Positions 40,284 through 51,875 of a stretch of 64,000 bases of DNA are shown here, piece after piece. The DNA is from a virus. Position numbers and translations under genes: made by a program. The stretch is from positions 44,529-108,528 of the IMG/VR virus record IMGVR_UViG_3300015171_000002; one strand, 5' to 3'. The notes beneath the pieces were generated by a model, which saw only the letters and a list, made by a program, of their open reading frames with translations, searched no databases and was not told where the DNA came from. Numbering within the stretch: the stretch's first letter is position 1; every line of letters begins with the position of its first letter.

Positions 40284-43200
40284 TATGTATCCTTTACGAT
40301 TTCTACGAATTATTTATTCTTTGTTGGAAGCAGAGATTAATGCGTGGTATTCTCAACGTATTGATAATAATAATTTTCATAAGGGAACATATGATTTTGA
40401 TACAATTCGTATGATGGAATTCCAGTCTGAACAGATGCAAAAAGAAATTGAACGCCGGGAAAAGGATGGAGAAAACTAAAATGGATATCAATATCCGATT
40501 TCATACCGCTCTTGGAAATGTTAATTTTCAAACCAGTAACGATTATTCTAAGGCTGGCGATCAAGAAAATCTAGATAATCTGTTTCTTTTGTTTGGTATG
40601 GGTTTACCCTGGAAAACATTTGATCGGTTTTGTGAAAGTTTGAAATTGACGCCAGAGCAAACAGAAAATTTTCGTAAATTGAATAGTGATACTTGGAATA
40701 AATATCGTGAACTTATTTTGATGAATAAGAAAAATGTGGGTTGGGAGGGCTAATATGCTAATTATCCGACACACAACCAAACAAATTCCTGATACGGTTT
40801 GGCATATTGGTTATCCTTTGCATTCAGAAAAGAAAAACATTTTTGTTATCCAAGATATTCAGGCTGATGGTGATGAACTGAATGAGATTTATGATACTTG
40901 TCCTATTCCACTAAATAATAATTGTAGAAATTTAGTTCAAAGTTTTTATGGTGATATTGCCCGAACTATTGTGCTTAATTTGAAAGGTTAACATGGAATT
41001 TCCTGACGAAATTGTTTTAGAAATTACTAAAAAAGATACTGAAATTGGCTTGCAGGGTGATTGTTCTAAATGCCCAACAGCATTAGCTCTTTGGCGGCTT
41101 TATCCTGATTTAGAAGATATGCTCGTAGATTATCTTACCATTTCTCTTGCAGAAGGGAATGATAATTATATGGTTTATCTACCATCTAAAGATTTGACAG
41201 TAGAAATGCATTTGTTTGATAGCTCACCGTCTAATTGGGTTAATTTTCGGCCCGGTAAATATACTTTGAAACTAAGTAAAATTGTAAATACAGAAGGACG
41301 GTAGGATTAAAGTACTATTGATTTTATTATTCGTTTCTGTATAATAAATAAAACATGGCCGGTGCGGTGACGAGCCGGGAAAAATTAGTTTATTCTGATC
41401 ACAAAAGGAAAATAAGATGGGCAATCCAAAAGGTTTAGCTGCTGGTGATATTCGCAGGATTCATTTTACGCAAAAACATACCTGTTCTGATCGTTCTTTT
41501 GAATCGGTATATGATTTTGAAGTCAATTTCAAATATGAATTTAATTATCCGGTATTGGTTAATGATAAACATATTGAATTCAGGGATGTGACGTTTTGTT
41601 TTGTTCGAGAAAATCATTTAGATAATACCGTAACTAGTTATACAGGAATGGCGGTATTACATCCTGGCGAAGATTTTAGTCGGCCACAAGGAAGAAAAGA
41701 AGCTTTGAATAAGGTAATGGTACAATCACTGGATTTGACAGAACTGGAACAGGTAAGATTCAAAATTGAATTAGCATGTATTGAAAATGGTGTGCATGAT
41801 TGTAAATAATAAAAACTATAATAATATTGATAATAGTAAATGAAAAATAAGTTTACTGCACAGCGGTATTGATTAAGAATTTACTATTATCAATATTATT
41901 ATTTTGGATAAAAAGATTTACAAAACTTACAAGGATAATAAAATGAAAATAAATGGTGAAAGTTTTTCAGTTTTTGAACTTGAATTATGGCATGAGTCAG
42001 AAAAAACAAAGCGTCCAGTAAAGAATTATAATCTATTTATGAAAATTATTAGCGCGATGGCGAGTGCTATTCTGGGATGGCATATTTAGGATAATAAACA
42101 ATGGAATTCATAGATTATGTGGGTATTTTAGATGATAGTGCCATTACTAATGCTGAAAGAGAAATACTAAAAAACACCAGTGATAGAATAAAAGAAATGA
42201 TAGATAATGGGCCACATATGCATATCATGGTTGTGGATAGTGCTAAACTAAAACAAACCGGAAAGTATTATTGGAAATGTAGTTGTGGTCTAGAAATACT
42301 GCATGAGGAATAATAAAATGTCTAATAATGATAATATTTTTTCGATTTATATTTTTGGGGTGACTATATTAACATTGGGAAGCTTTATTCATTTGGGATT
42401 TCTGGCTAGATATATGGGGGATAAGACCAGATTAGGAGATAATATTTATAATCTGACTCTTAGTTTTGTGTATCTAATGGCATTGTTTTATACGATGGCA
42501 AAATTTTATTTATTTTTGCGTGGGATACAGTGATGAATAATAAAGTAAAATTTTGGTTGGGATTAGCAGTAATCATTATTATAAATGAGATTATTATTTT
42601 CAGGATAGGAATTACTGGATTAGCATCGATTGTTGAAGCTTTATTAGTTGGTATTTTATACGGTTTGGTTTCAAAATTTGAATTCGGATGGGATATTTTC
42701 GGAGATGAGTAGAATAAGACAGTTAGCAATGATACGAGATAGTTTACGATTAGAGACTGATGATACCGCTATAATAAATAAAGAATTATATCTGGCGGCA
42801 TGGGAATTACTAAACGGATGGTTAGGAAGTGTAAAATGGGATTGGGCTTACTTTCTTTCATAAAACGCATAAAAAAGATTTATGTGTGGGGATTGGAAAA
42901 CACAGATAATAATTATATTCTGGTGACAGGAATACTAATAAAAGCATTGGTAGATGAATTATACGATACATTTTTATACGATACACTTTATTATGATACA
43001 TTTTATTACGATATTCTAGGAATATTAGAATTTTTCGAGTAAATAACCATGATAATTATAGTTCTTATTTGCCATGTTACATTAATTGTGTTTGGTAGTG
43101 ATAATTAACCATGTTTAGAGAAATTATTCATGCAATAAAGTTTAGTATAGTTTTTATAGCTGTCTTATCTGTAATGTTCAATATAGATAGATGGATATTA

Positions 43201-44521
43201 GGATTTATTGTACTAAAATAACCGTCATCGTGCGGCGTTGGTCTGGTCAAGGAAATAATTTTATTATATTCAATACTGGTTTCACGTGAAACATTCTAAA
43301 TGTATTTTAACACTTGTCACAAACCGATACCATTAAAAATAAATAAAAATTTCTCAATATGGGGGAATATAATAAATTAAACAATCCTGGATAGATTATT
43401 TCAGTAGATTATTTTTAAATCAAATCGTATTGGGCAGTTATGGGGGATATAAGGATTAGAGATGTCAAAGCATAGCAAGAATAATAAAACAGAAGATTTC
43501 CAGACAGGTTATACCAAAGCTGAATGGTATGGACAATCACGCAAACAACGTACTAAAAAGCGTGGCAGTAAAAAGAATTTATATAAGAAAAATCAGCCGG
43601 ATTCGAACGCTATAAACGAGCGGGATAGTTTACACCAAAGCGACAAAATAAACACGTGGCGGCCACTTTCTGAGCGTTTAGACGGCAGCATAGACGACAA
43701 TCGGGAAAATAAACCCCATTAATGCCGCTCAATTCGTTAACATAGGACATAACATACTACTAATCATTGTTATTATCTATATTTTTCTAGTATTATGGAA
43801 TACTGCGGCAGCGGTAAAAAATTAGGAAATAAAATAATTCGCGGCTAGCATCTGGGGTTGTCAAAATTAAATCTAATCGGAAAAGGTAAATTGAAACAAA
43901 ACGATTTGTAATTCTAAAACTAAAAAACTTGAGTCTGAGTCCTATATTAGTTAATATAGGATTTTTTTATTTTCTATTTTAATAATTCTAGTCGCGGCTG
44001 TGTTGACATAATCCAGGTATTGACATAATACTATTGCTTTCGTGTATTTATTCACAACCCGCGCTTTCGTGCTTATTATCACAACACAATTTTTCTGGTT
44101 AGAATTTTGACGAAATGCCGGAAAACGAGCCGGTTTTTTTCGTTTGAAAAACTTTATGTCAACCATGATTCCAGCGTAACATGACGGGCAGCAGGAGTCA
44201 AGGTTGTGATTATTTTCACGATGGCGCATAACTTTACAATTAGAAATTTTATTATTTGCCTTAGTGTAAATAAGCACAAACCTTATTTACAGTTATGTCA
44301 ACTACCATTATCTGCTTTCGTGAAAATAAGAACAAATAGAACATTTGTTCTACTCAGATAGGTTGTGAATAATGGCACGAAAGAAAATATAAAACTAAAA
44401 AATTCTAACCAAACTCTAACCAGATTCAAACAAGAAAGTATTGACAAGTTTTTTTGTTTGGTTTATAGTATTTGAAGTTGAGCGGGCAAATCGGCCCATT
44501 AGAATGCAAAGGATAAATAAA

Positions 44522-45544
44522 ATGTCTCTCAAAGCTAAGGGAAATGCGGTTAAAGTAACAGGTTTAGGATTTGGTAAGCAGAAAGATATGGCGTCTCAGA
44601 ATTTTATCGGAGGCGAGCGTTGGATGCAACATATTGAAAGAGGTACACTTAAGATTAATCCCGAATTGGCTACGATGTCATTAGATGATATCCTAACCAG
44701 TGGTGGCCTAAATTTTGGTGTACTTAAATCTCAAACATTTTATAAATCCGCTGTTTCTGGATTAGAAATTCCTAGCCGGGGTTATTCTGTTTATCGGACT
44801 GATACTGATGTAGAATTGGGACATGGATTTAGTGATGGTTATCAGCCTATTTCCTATCCCGATATTCTTTCTCAGTTCTTTCAAAATGCTTTGGATTTGG
44901 GTAATATCCCGACTCGTGCAATTAGTTTTGATAATGGGGCCAAAGGTGCCATTCAGTTTGCAATGCCGCAGGAATATCTAATTGCGGATCGACCACATAA
45001 GACATTTTTGAATTTTTATTCCAGCCATGATGGTACTTATGGCGTTACCATGAATGAATGTGATATTTGTATTCTTTGTGGTAATACCTTTGCTTATTCT
45101 TTCCGCGATACAAGTGCAAAGTGGACGGTAAAGCATACCGTAAATATGCAATCTAAGATTAATGATATTCGGGAAAAGATTCTTATTAGTACGGAATCTC
45201 AACAAGGATATTATTTCAATCTGGATAAGATGGCAGCCAAGAAGGTTAGTTTTCAGGATAAGAATAATTTCCTGATGGCTATGTTTCCAGATGGCGATAT
45301 CAAAGAAAGTGGTAAAGTAAATCAAGGCCCGGCTAATCAGCGTATTCAATTAGATGATGCAATTAGTACCACGGTTAATGAGCGGAATAGCGCCGATACT
45401 ACATTTTATGATCTATTGCAGGGTGCATTTCGCCAGCAAAGTTATAAGACTCAAAATCGTGGCGGTGATGCTCAATTCGGTTATGTGATGAAGTCAATAG
45501 TAAATCAAAACGCTTATGATTACGTCACGGAGGCTATGAAATAA
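44522..45544 (+). CDS. DUF932 (TIGR03299-like) phage protein
   Basis: YRTDT..ELG....YQP, SHDG, CGN and HT motifs; SD before ATG at 44522. Confidence 0.75.
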   Translation: MSLKAKGNAVKVTGLGFGKQKDMASQNFIGGERWMQHIERGTLKINPELATMSLDDILTSGGLNFGVLKSQTFYKSAVSGLEIPSRGYSVYRTDTDVELGHGFSDGYQPISYPDILSQFFQNALDLGNIPTRAISFDNGAKGAIQFAMPQEYLIADRPHKTFLNFYSSHDGTYGVTMNECDICILCGNTFAYSFRDTSAKWTVKHTVNMQSKINDIREKILISTESQQGYYFNLDKMAAKKVSFQDKNNFLMAMFPDGDIKESGKVNQGPANQRIQLDDAISTTVNERNSADTTFYDLLQGAFRQQSYKTQNRGGDAQFGYVMKSIVNQNAYDYVTEAMK

Positions 45545-45572
45545 TCTAGAATAAAAACAGATTTAAAATAAA

Positions 45573-45603
45573 ACCTGGATTAGAAATAGTCCAGGTTTTT
45601 TTA
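45573..45603 (+). terminator. Intrinsic terminator
   Basis: AAAACCTGGA/TCCAGGTTTT followed by a T-run. Confidence 0.8.
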
Positions 45604-46839
45604 TTTAATTATTTTTATTATGTGGTTTAGTGAAATTAGTCACAATGGCTCAACGCTGATTTTATTATTTGCTTTTGTACCAGTATTCACAATACCACTT
45701 GACATAACGAGGTTAGAATTTTCATACAGCTTTCTAACTTGACACTGTATAAAATCCGACTATAATAAAAACATGGGCGGCAGAAAATAAGACTAGTTTT
45801 GGAGAATAAAAGATGACATTTGACGAAGCTAAAACATTGAAAATTGGGGATATTTTCCACGTTCTAGGCGAGAATAAGCGCGATGGTAAACCGCAGAATT
45901 GGCGCGTAACTGGTAAAACGAAATTGTGGAAAACTAATCCAAATAGAATTAAAATTCCATGTGCGCATGGAATGTATGAGCATGGCTATATCGAAACTGA
46001 TAATCTTCATTTAGTTTATTTGCCAAAAGGAAAATAACATGCCAGAAGAAATTGGAATGCCAATGGTAAAGAATCATTTCAATCATGTTCTTACACCAGA
46101 ACAAGAAGAATTGATTTGTTTTCTTGTGAATTGTGAAATGGAATTGTGGGAGAGTCATGCTGATATTCCCACTAATTATCTCAAGCGGCTGGAAGCTATC
46201 AAAGCTGAAATGCAAAATCATTCCAATATGCTTTATCGTAGCCTTTAAAGGATAATAAAATGAAAAGTGAAATAATCCATTACGGTATGTGGCAAATTCC
46301 AGTAAAGGCAATAAATGTTTACTGCCCCGATGGTATTTATCGGACTTGTAGAATTACTGGCGAAGCTGATACCTTTTTTACTTTACCGGCACAATGTCAG
46401 GTTAGGGGTAAAACGGTAACTGGATTTATTTCTAATCGATATGATGCTCCTGAGGGTGAAATGTATTTTTGGGGATTTGGTCGAAATATGGCTGCTTTCT
46501 TTCCAGATTTTGATAAAGCCTATGATTTTATTAGTAATGAAATTGCCACAGATAGCAGAATCGATGATTATGAGTTACGCGATATTTTCAAGGGTAAGTG
46601 GATTATTACTTTCAAACGTAATCAAAAAGATTGGACTGGACAGGATTATGAAATTCATGGGCATAAATATCCTGATAATACCAGTCATGGACGCTAAAGG
46701 ATAATAAAATGTTGGATATAAATGTTTTCCTTATCATTGTATTAACTTTTAGTTTAGGATTTATTTTAGGGCGACTGACTGGAAATTCTAACCAAAATCT
46801 AACTTGACAATTGGGCGTAGTAGCGGTACAATGTTTTCA

Positions 46840-47081
46840 AGGTTAGGGATTAATTGAACGCGACGGTTTCTGAAATGAAAAACAGAGTAAGCGACCAATG
46901 GACGATTTTAATTCCTAGCCTAAAATTCCAGTCGCCACAATAGGTTCAAATATCGGATGAAGAGTAGGGCGAGATTATCCGAACTGGAATAATAAAATAA
47001 AGTGGGCGGTGCTTTATAAATAAATAAGCGTCCACAAATAAAATAACCCCCAAATTATATCATAGGGGGTTATTTTATTTA
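46840..47081 (+). ncRNA. Noncoding transcription unit with its own promoter and intrinsic terminator
   Basis: TTGACA(46804)-17-TACAAT; 14-bp closing helix; pseudoknot module; terminator AAATAAAATAACCCCC/GGGGGTTATTTTATTT; no ORF. Confidence 0.6.
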
Positions 47082-47145
47082 TAACTCGATAGTTTGTCGA
47101 TAGATTATTTTTAAACAGAATAATAGGGGATGGTATAGGGGGGGA

Positions 47146-47233
47146 TTCTAACCACCTAAACACGATTAGCTAGTTAGTATCAATTCTAACCACCTAAACA
47201 CGATTTGACAGTAACAAAATTTTGTGGTATAAT
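47146..47233 (+). promoter_or_regulatory. Consensus promoter preceded by a duplicated 22-bp element
   Basis: TTCTAACCACCTAAACACGATT twice, then TTGACA-17-TATAAT with TGTGG. Confidence 0.75.
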
Positions 47234-47642
47234 TGCCGCTGTCCTACCGCTCTGGTACGGGAAATAAATTATTAGATTATTAGTTTTAGAAAAGAAAAAA
47301 TAATCTAATAAAATTTCGCTGAAAGCGAACGCGATAGCGTGGTTTTAGGGGTTACTTTTGCTACTTTTATTTGTCTTATGGGGGAAAAGAAAAAAAGAAA
47401 TTTGAGGCACGTCATGGCCCGTATAGGATGATAAAATCGACAAGCCGCGAAGCTGGCTTAAAGATTGGAGATTTAATAAAATGAAAAATTATAAAAGTAG
47501 AGATAAAAAATTGAATAAGAAAAAGAATGGGATGAGAATAAGTGGAAAGAGTTTATTTTTGCTTAATTATTTGACTCAGAAAAAAGCGGAAAAAATAAAG
47601 CAGGAAAATAAAAAAACTTGAGTCCTGATTTGAGTCCTAAAA

Positions 47643-47676
47643 ACAATATACATATATAATTATATATGTATATTGT
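47643..47676. repeat. Perfect 34-bp AT-rich palindrome
   Basis: ACAATATACATATATAA|TTATATATGTATATTGT. Confidence 0.9.
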
Positions 47677-48236
47677 CTTATTTTGCGCCTAGCACTATTG
47701 TTCTATAGAACAAGTGTTCTATTGACATAACATTATTGCTTTCGTGCATATATTCACAATCGGTAATTCGCCGGGTGAATATTATGTAAACTTGGGGGAG
47801 ATATGCTCGCCGCATGGCAATATGATAAATCTCTATCCTATGCGGAGTCAATAGTACTTAAGTACCGTTCATTTGTTCTATATGTGATAACTTTCACGAA
47901 AACAAATATCTGAAATTTCAATGATTTAAATTATCTACTTTCGTGAAATTAGCCACAAAGCAGTATTATGTCAACCCTGCCCATAGAGGAGATTTTCTAA
48001 TGTATTTATTTTCGTGCTTTTATTCACAAACAAAAAAATTCTTGAATTGTGAATAAAAGAACTAAAGTATCTAATCCCATAATGCAGCCCCGAATAAGTG
48101 ACAAATAGCACTAAAGTATAGAAAATAGGCGTGAAAATTCTAACCAAACTCTAACCAGATTGGGTATTGACTCCTATCTCGAATTGACTATAATAAGCAC
48201 ATACCGGCGAAAGACTAGCGCAAAGGAAAAGTTGAA

Positions 48237-48491
48237 ATGCCCGAAATGACCACAGCACAGTTGAAGCAGCGTATCGCAGAGATGGAAGCCGCTGAAGCCG
48301 CCCGCAAAGAGGCGAACAATAAAATCAGTTTTAAAATTGGTGACAAAGGAGGTCTTTCGGTGTATCATGGAAGCCGTTTTCCGACTACACTGTATTACTC
48401 GCAATGGCTGAAGGTGTTGACTCACGCCGATGAGATTCTTACCTATCTTGAGGCGCATAAAGCACAATTGGCACACAAGGAAAATGAATAA
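48237..48491 (+). CDS. Small conserved phage protein (early gene)
   Basis: ISFKIGDKGGLSVY..RFPTTLY..QW; own sigma70 promoter and SD. Confidence 0.7.
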   Translation: MPEMTTAQLKQRIAEMEAAEAARKEANNKISFKIGDKGGLSVYHGSRFPTTLYYSQWLKVLTHADEILTYLEAHKAQLAHKENE

Positions 48492-48579
48492 AATTCAAAC
48501 CAGACTCTAACTTGACTCCGCATAGTAAAGCAGTATAATCAAAACATGGCCGCGCAGGACTAGAGAAAAGGAAAATAAA

Positions 48580-48996
48580 ATGCCCAAGAATACGAAGTTG
48601 GCGAAGGATACCGAAATTTTTGATGCTGCCGCGAAAGCTCAGGGTATGGCCCATGTTGCGGAATTGAACGCTGCCGTTGACGCCGCGCCCGAAGCCGTGA
48701 AGCGTGGTCGGAAGCCCTCCAACAAACTGACGTTCGCGAAGTTTGTTGCCGCTGTAAAATCCGGCGAAATGTTGCCCGGTATGATTGTGACCGAAGAGAA
48801 GCGTGAGGGCAATCGGATTATCTCATTTGCCGGTGTCAAGGCCGAGAATCCGGTTATCGGCCTGGACGAAGAGGGCAATCTGACTCTGTCCGAATTGACC
48901 ACGGACAATAGCACGTGGAAGCGAACGCCAATTGAGAAGGTTGTCAAGACCGTCAGCGCGGCTGAGGTTATGGCGCTTTTGAATAGCGCGGAATAG
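48580..48996 (+). CDS. Early protein with a KRGRKP AT-hook-like motif
   Basis: Own promoter, SD and terminator; higher GC than the rest of the window. Confidence 0.65.
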   Translation: MPKNTKLAKDTEIFDAAAKAQGMAHVAELNAAVDAAPEAVKRGRKPSNKLTFAKFVAAVKSGEMLPGMIVTEEKREGNRIISFAGVKAENPVIGLDEEGNLTLSELTTDNSTWKRTPIEKVVKTVSAAEVMALLNSAE

Positions 48997-49039
48997 AATA
49001 CCTCTCCCGCCCATAATGGCGTAAAAGCCTACATAATCC

Positions 49040-49084
49040 GAAAATTCCAGACATAGAAAATATGTTCTGGAATTTTCGTTTTTG
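49040..49084 (+). terminator. Intrinsic terminator
   Basis: GAAAATTCCAGA/TCTGGAATTTTC followed by a T-run. Confidence 0.75.
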
Positions 49085-50269
49085 CCGTCAGTTTTTATTA
49101 TACGCTTTAGTGCATTTATTCACAATCAAACCCGTCTGCCATATTATATGCTTTCGTGTTATTTATCACAATCGCTAATTATCCGCTTTCGTAAATTTAA
49201 TCACTAATGATATTATGTCAACCCTGCCCATAGAGGAGATTTTATTATTTCTTTTCTTTCGTCCAAATAATCACAATCAGAAAATTCTAGACGTTTTCTA
49301 ACCAGACTCTAACTTGACAATGCCGGTACTAATGGACTATACTTGATTATATTCTAGTCTAGTATAAGGAAAATAAAATGACCGGAAATGAAGTTTGGAA
49401 TAAGCTAGCCGAACAAGGCGCAACAAGCATAAATGTTTCTGATAATGGCGATGTCTATGCTACCAAACCAGCAAGTATTCTAACTGGTTATACAGCTTTC
49501 AAATGGGCCATAAAAACGGGCGAAAACCAGTATCGATTTTTCTGTGATTTATGGGTACTGACAGATAATAAAAACATAGCCTAAAACGGCTCTAGGACGG
49601 TCTAGGATAGATGGGAAATGATAAAACGTATATTATCACCCCATTTTTATTCTAGACCGTCCTAGACGGTTTTTAATTATTTTGTTGATTATTGTCATCG
49701 AAATTGTGGCTATTTTCACGATAATAAATATTAATAAAAACGTCGAATATAATTCTGCGCTTTCGTGAAAGTAAGAATAATCATAACCTGTGAATAACTA
49801 CACGAAACTATAGAATACTGGAATAAAACTCTAACCAGATTATAACCAAACTGGGCTTGACTCAATTTCCAGAATAGGATATTATCTTGTCTATAGGCAA
49901 ATGAAATTCTAGCGAAAAGGAAAACGAAATGGCTATCAATTTGAACGTTACTCCGGCTGAAATTGAAGGCGAAGATTATGCGAATGGCAATTCGAATCGC
50001 GCCGTTCGTGTTTTGAATATCGTCAAAGTGATTGATGCCTTGGGTATCGATATGGGCTATGTTAGGTTTGATCTGGGCAATGGACACAATACGTATAGCG
50101 TTGAGTCTACCATCATGTTAGACTGGGCCAAATTGAATAACTGCGATTATTATGCCGCCAGTCGCGAAGATTTTAACATTTGGGAAGCCGTTAGCAATGC
50201 GCGGCAGGGTTTTTATGATGCCGTGATTGTCGAGGATCTGTCATAGAAGAAAATTACGCAAGCAGCAAC

Positions 50270-50311
50270 AAATACCAGAACAAAAAAATTTGTTCTGGTA
50301 TTTTTTTATTT
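50270..50311 (+). terminator. Intrinsic terminator
   Basis: AAATACCAGAAC/GTTCTGGTATTT followed by a T-run. Confidence 0.8.
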
Positions 50312-50760
50312 GTCTGCATTGCATTGTGATTAAACGTACTAAACCAGATATAAAATTATTAAAATAATTGAATTATACGCTTTAGTGTAATTAGTCACAA
50401 TAAAACAAATGTTCTATATAGAATAAATGTTCTAATTCTAAGCGATCCACGCGAAAAACTCAAAATAAAAAACGTCTGCTAACACGGTTTAGCAAGCCCT
50501 ACAATCGTTCTTCTTTTTTACCAATACATTGATACCCATTTTTCTGTAGCGTTGACTGGCGGTGCCTTTTTACGCGATGTTATTGTAAAGTAAATTAATC
50601 AGTTTAGAACAAACATTCTACCAATTTATTTTATTCCACGCTTTTGTGCATATATTCACAAATGATTGTGCATAAAAGTACAAAAGTAAATAAATAATCA
50701 GTTAAAACTATAACCAGAATCTAACTTGACAATGAAATGAAAATAGAATAATATATAACT

Positions 50761-51027
50761 ATGAACGCAAAAAAGAGCGCCTCAAACAAAACTTATCGGA
50801 ATGGCTTACGTGAATTATGCCTAGAAATTTTAGGCCACAAATGCAATAATTGTGGCGAAACCCGTTCAGAATTTTTAGATTTTCATCATACCAACCCTTG
50901 CAATAAAGTTGCTAGTATCGCTAAACTGATTAGAACTAATCCGGCATTATTGGTGACAGAGATTCAGAAGTGTGTGCTACTCTGCAAGAATTGTCATAAA
51001 GCAGAACACTATGGGAAGAAAATCTAA
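50761..51027 (+). CDS. Small HNH endonuclease
   Basis: CNNCG...LDFHH...KC.LLCKNCH...H. Confidence 0.85.
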   Translation: MNAKKSASNKTYRNGLRELCLEILGHKCNNCGETRSEFLDFHHTNPCNKVASIAKLIRTNPALLVTEIQKCVLLCKNCHKAEHYGKKI

Positions 51028-51578
51028 CCAGACTCTAACTTGACAATACCGCAAAAATAAAGTATCATGTTTATATAGGGTTGGATGACAGAAGAAGAGA
51101 AAATAAAATATGCTCGCCCAACCTATAAAATAAATATGCACTGGTATAGGGGATTGTTAGATATTCCGGTGTCCAGAACTATCGGATGTGAGGGCGTAGG
51201 TTATAATTAGGATAATGCCTAATTAGCCGACAATTCCGAGCCGGAAAAACAAATGTTCTAGCCCACCACATTATTGTGGGATGACGACTAGAACATTTGT
51301 TTTATTTTTTATTTGTGAATAAAATAACTAAAACAAATAAATAGAATAATTATTATGCGCTTTCGTGAATATATTCACAAACAGAATACAATAGGATATT
51401 GTGAATAACTACACAAAAGCAAATATCGGTAGATTACATAATTCTCGATAGGTCAGAAATGGTTAGGATGGGGATAGGATTTCAATAGGGGGTAGGTAAA
51501 TTCTAACCAAACTATAACTTGACTATTTAGAATAAATCGACTAATATATAACTACATCGGCGATACAGGAGAAATGAA

Positions 51579-51875
51579 ATGGATACCACTTATCTTCAGC
51601 AATGGAACGGCGAACACTACATTCGGCAAGTTGTTTATCTGGATTCTCAGTTTGATATCACGAAGCCGGTTTTGTTCGTGGTCGATAAATCCTATAATTG
51701 GGACAATTTCAAAACGGATTATCGCCCCAACGAAATTTTCACGGATGCCGAACAAGCGAAACGGCTGATTACTTTCGAGTACCAGACGCGGAAAATTGAG
51801 GCTATCAAGCTTGTTCGAAAGCTGACCGGATGGGGATTGAAGGAATCGAAAGATTTTGTGGATTCCAATTGCTAG
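51579..51875 (+). CDS. Protein with a ribosomal L7/L12 C-terminal-like domain
   Basis: RKIEAIKLVRKLTGWGLKESKDFVD closely matches the bL12 CTD signature. Confidence 0.8.
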   Translation: MDTTYLQQWNGEHYIRQVVYLDSQFDITKPVLFVVDKSYNWDNFKTDYRPNEIFTDAEQAKRLITFEYQTRKIEAIKLVRKLTGWGLKESKDFVDSNC

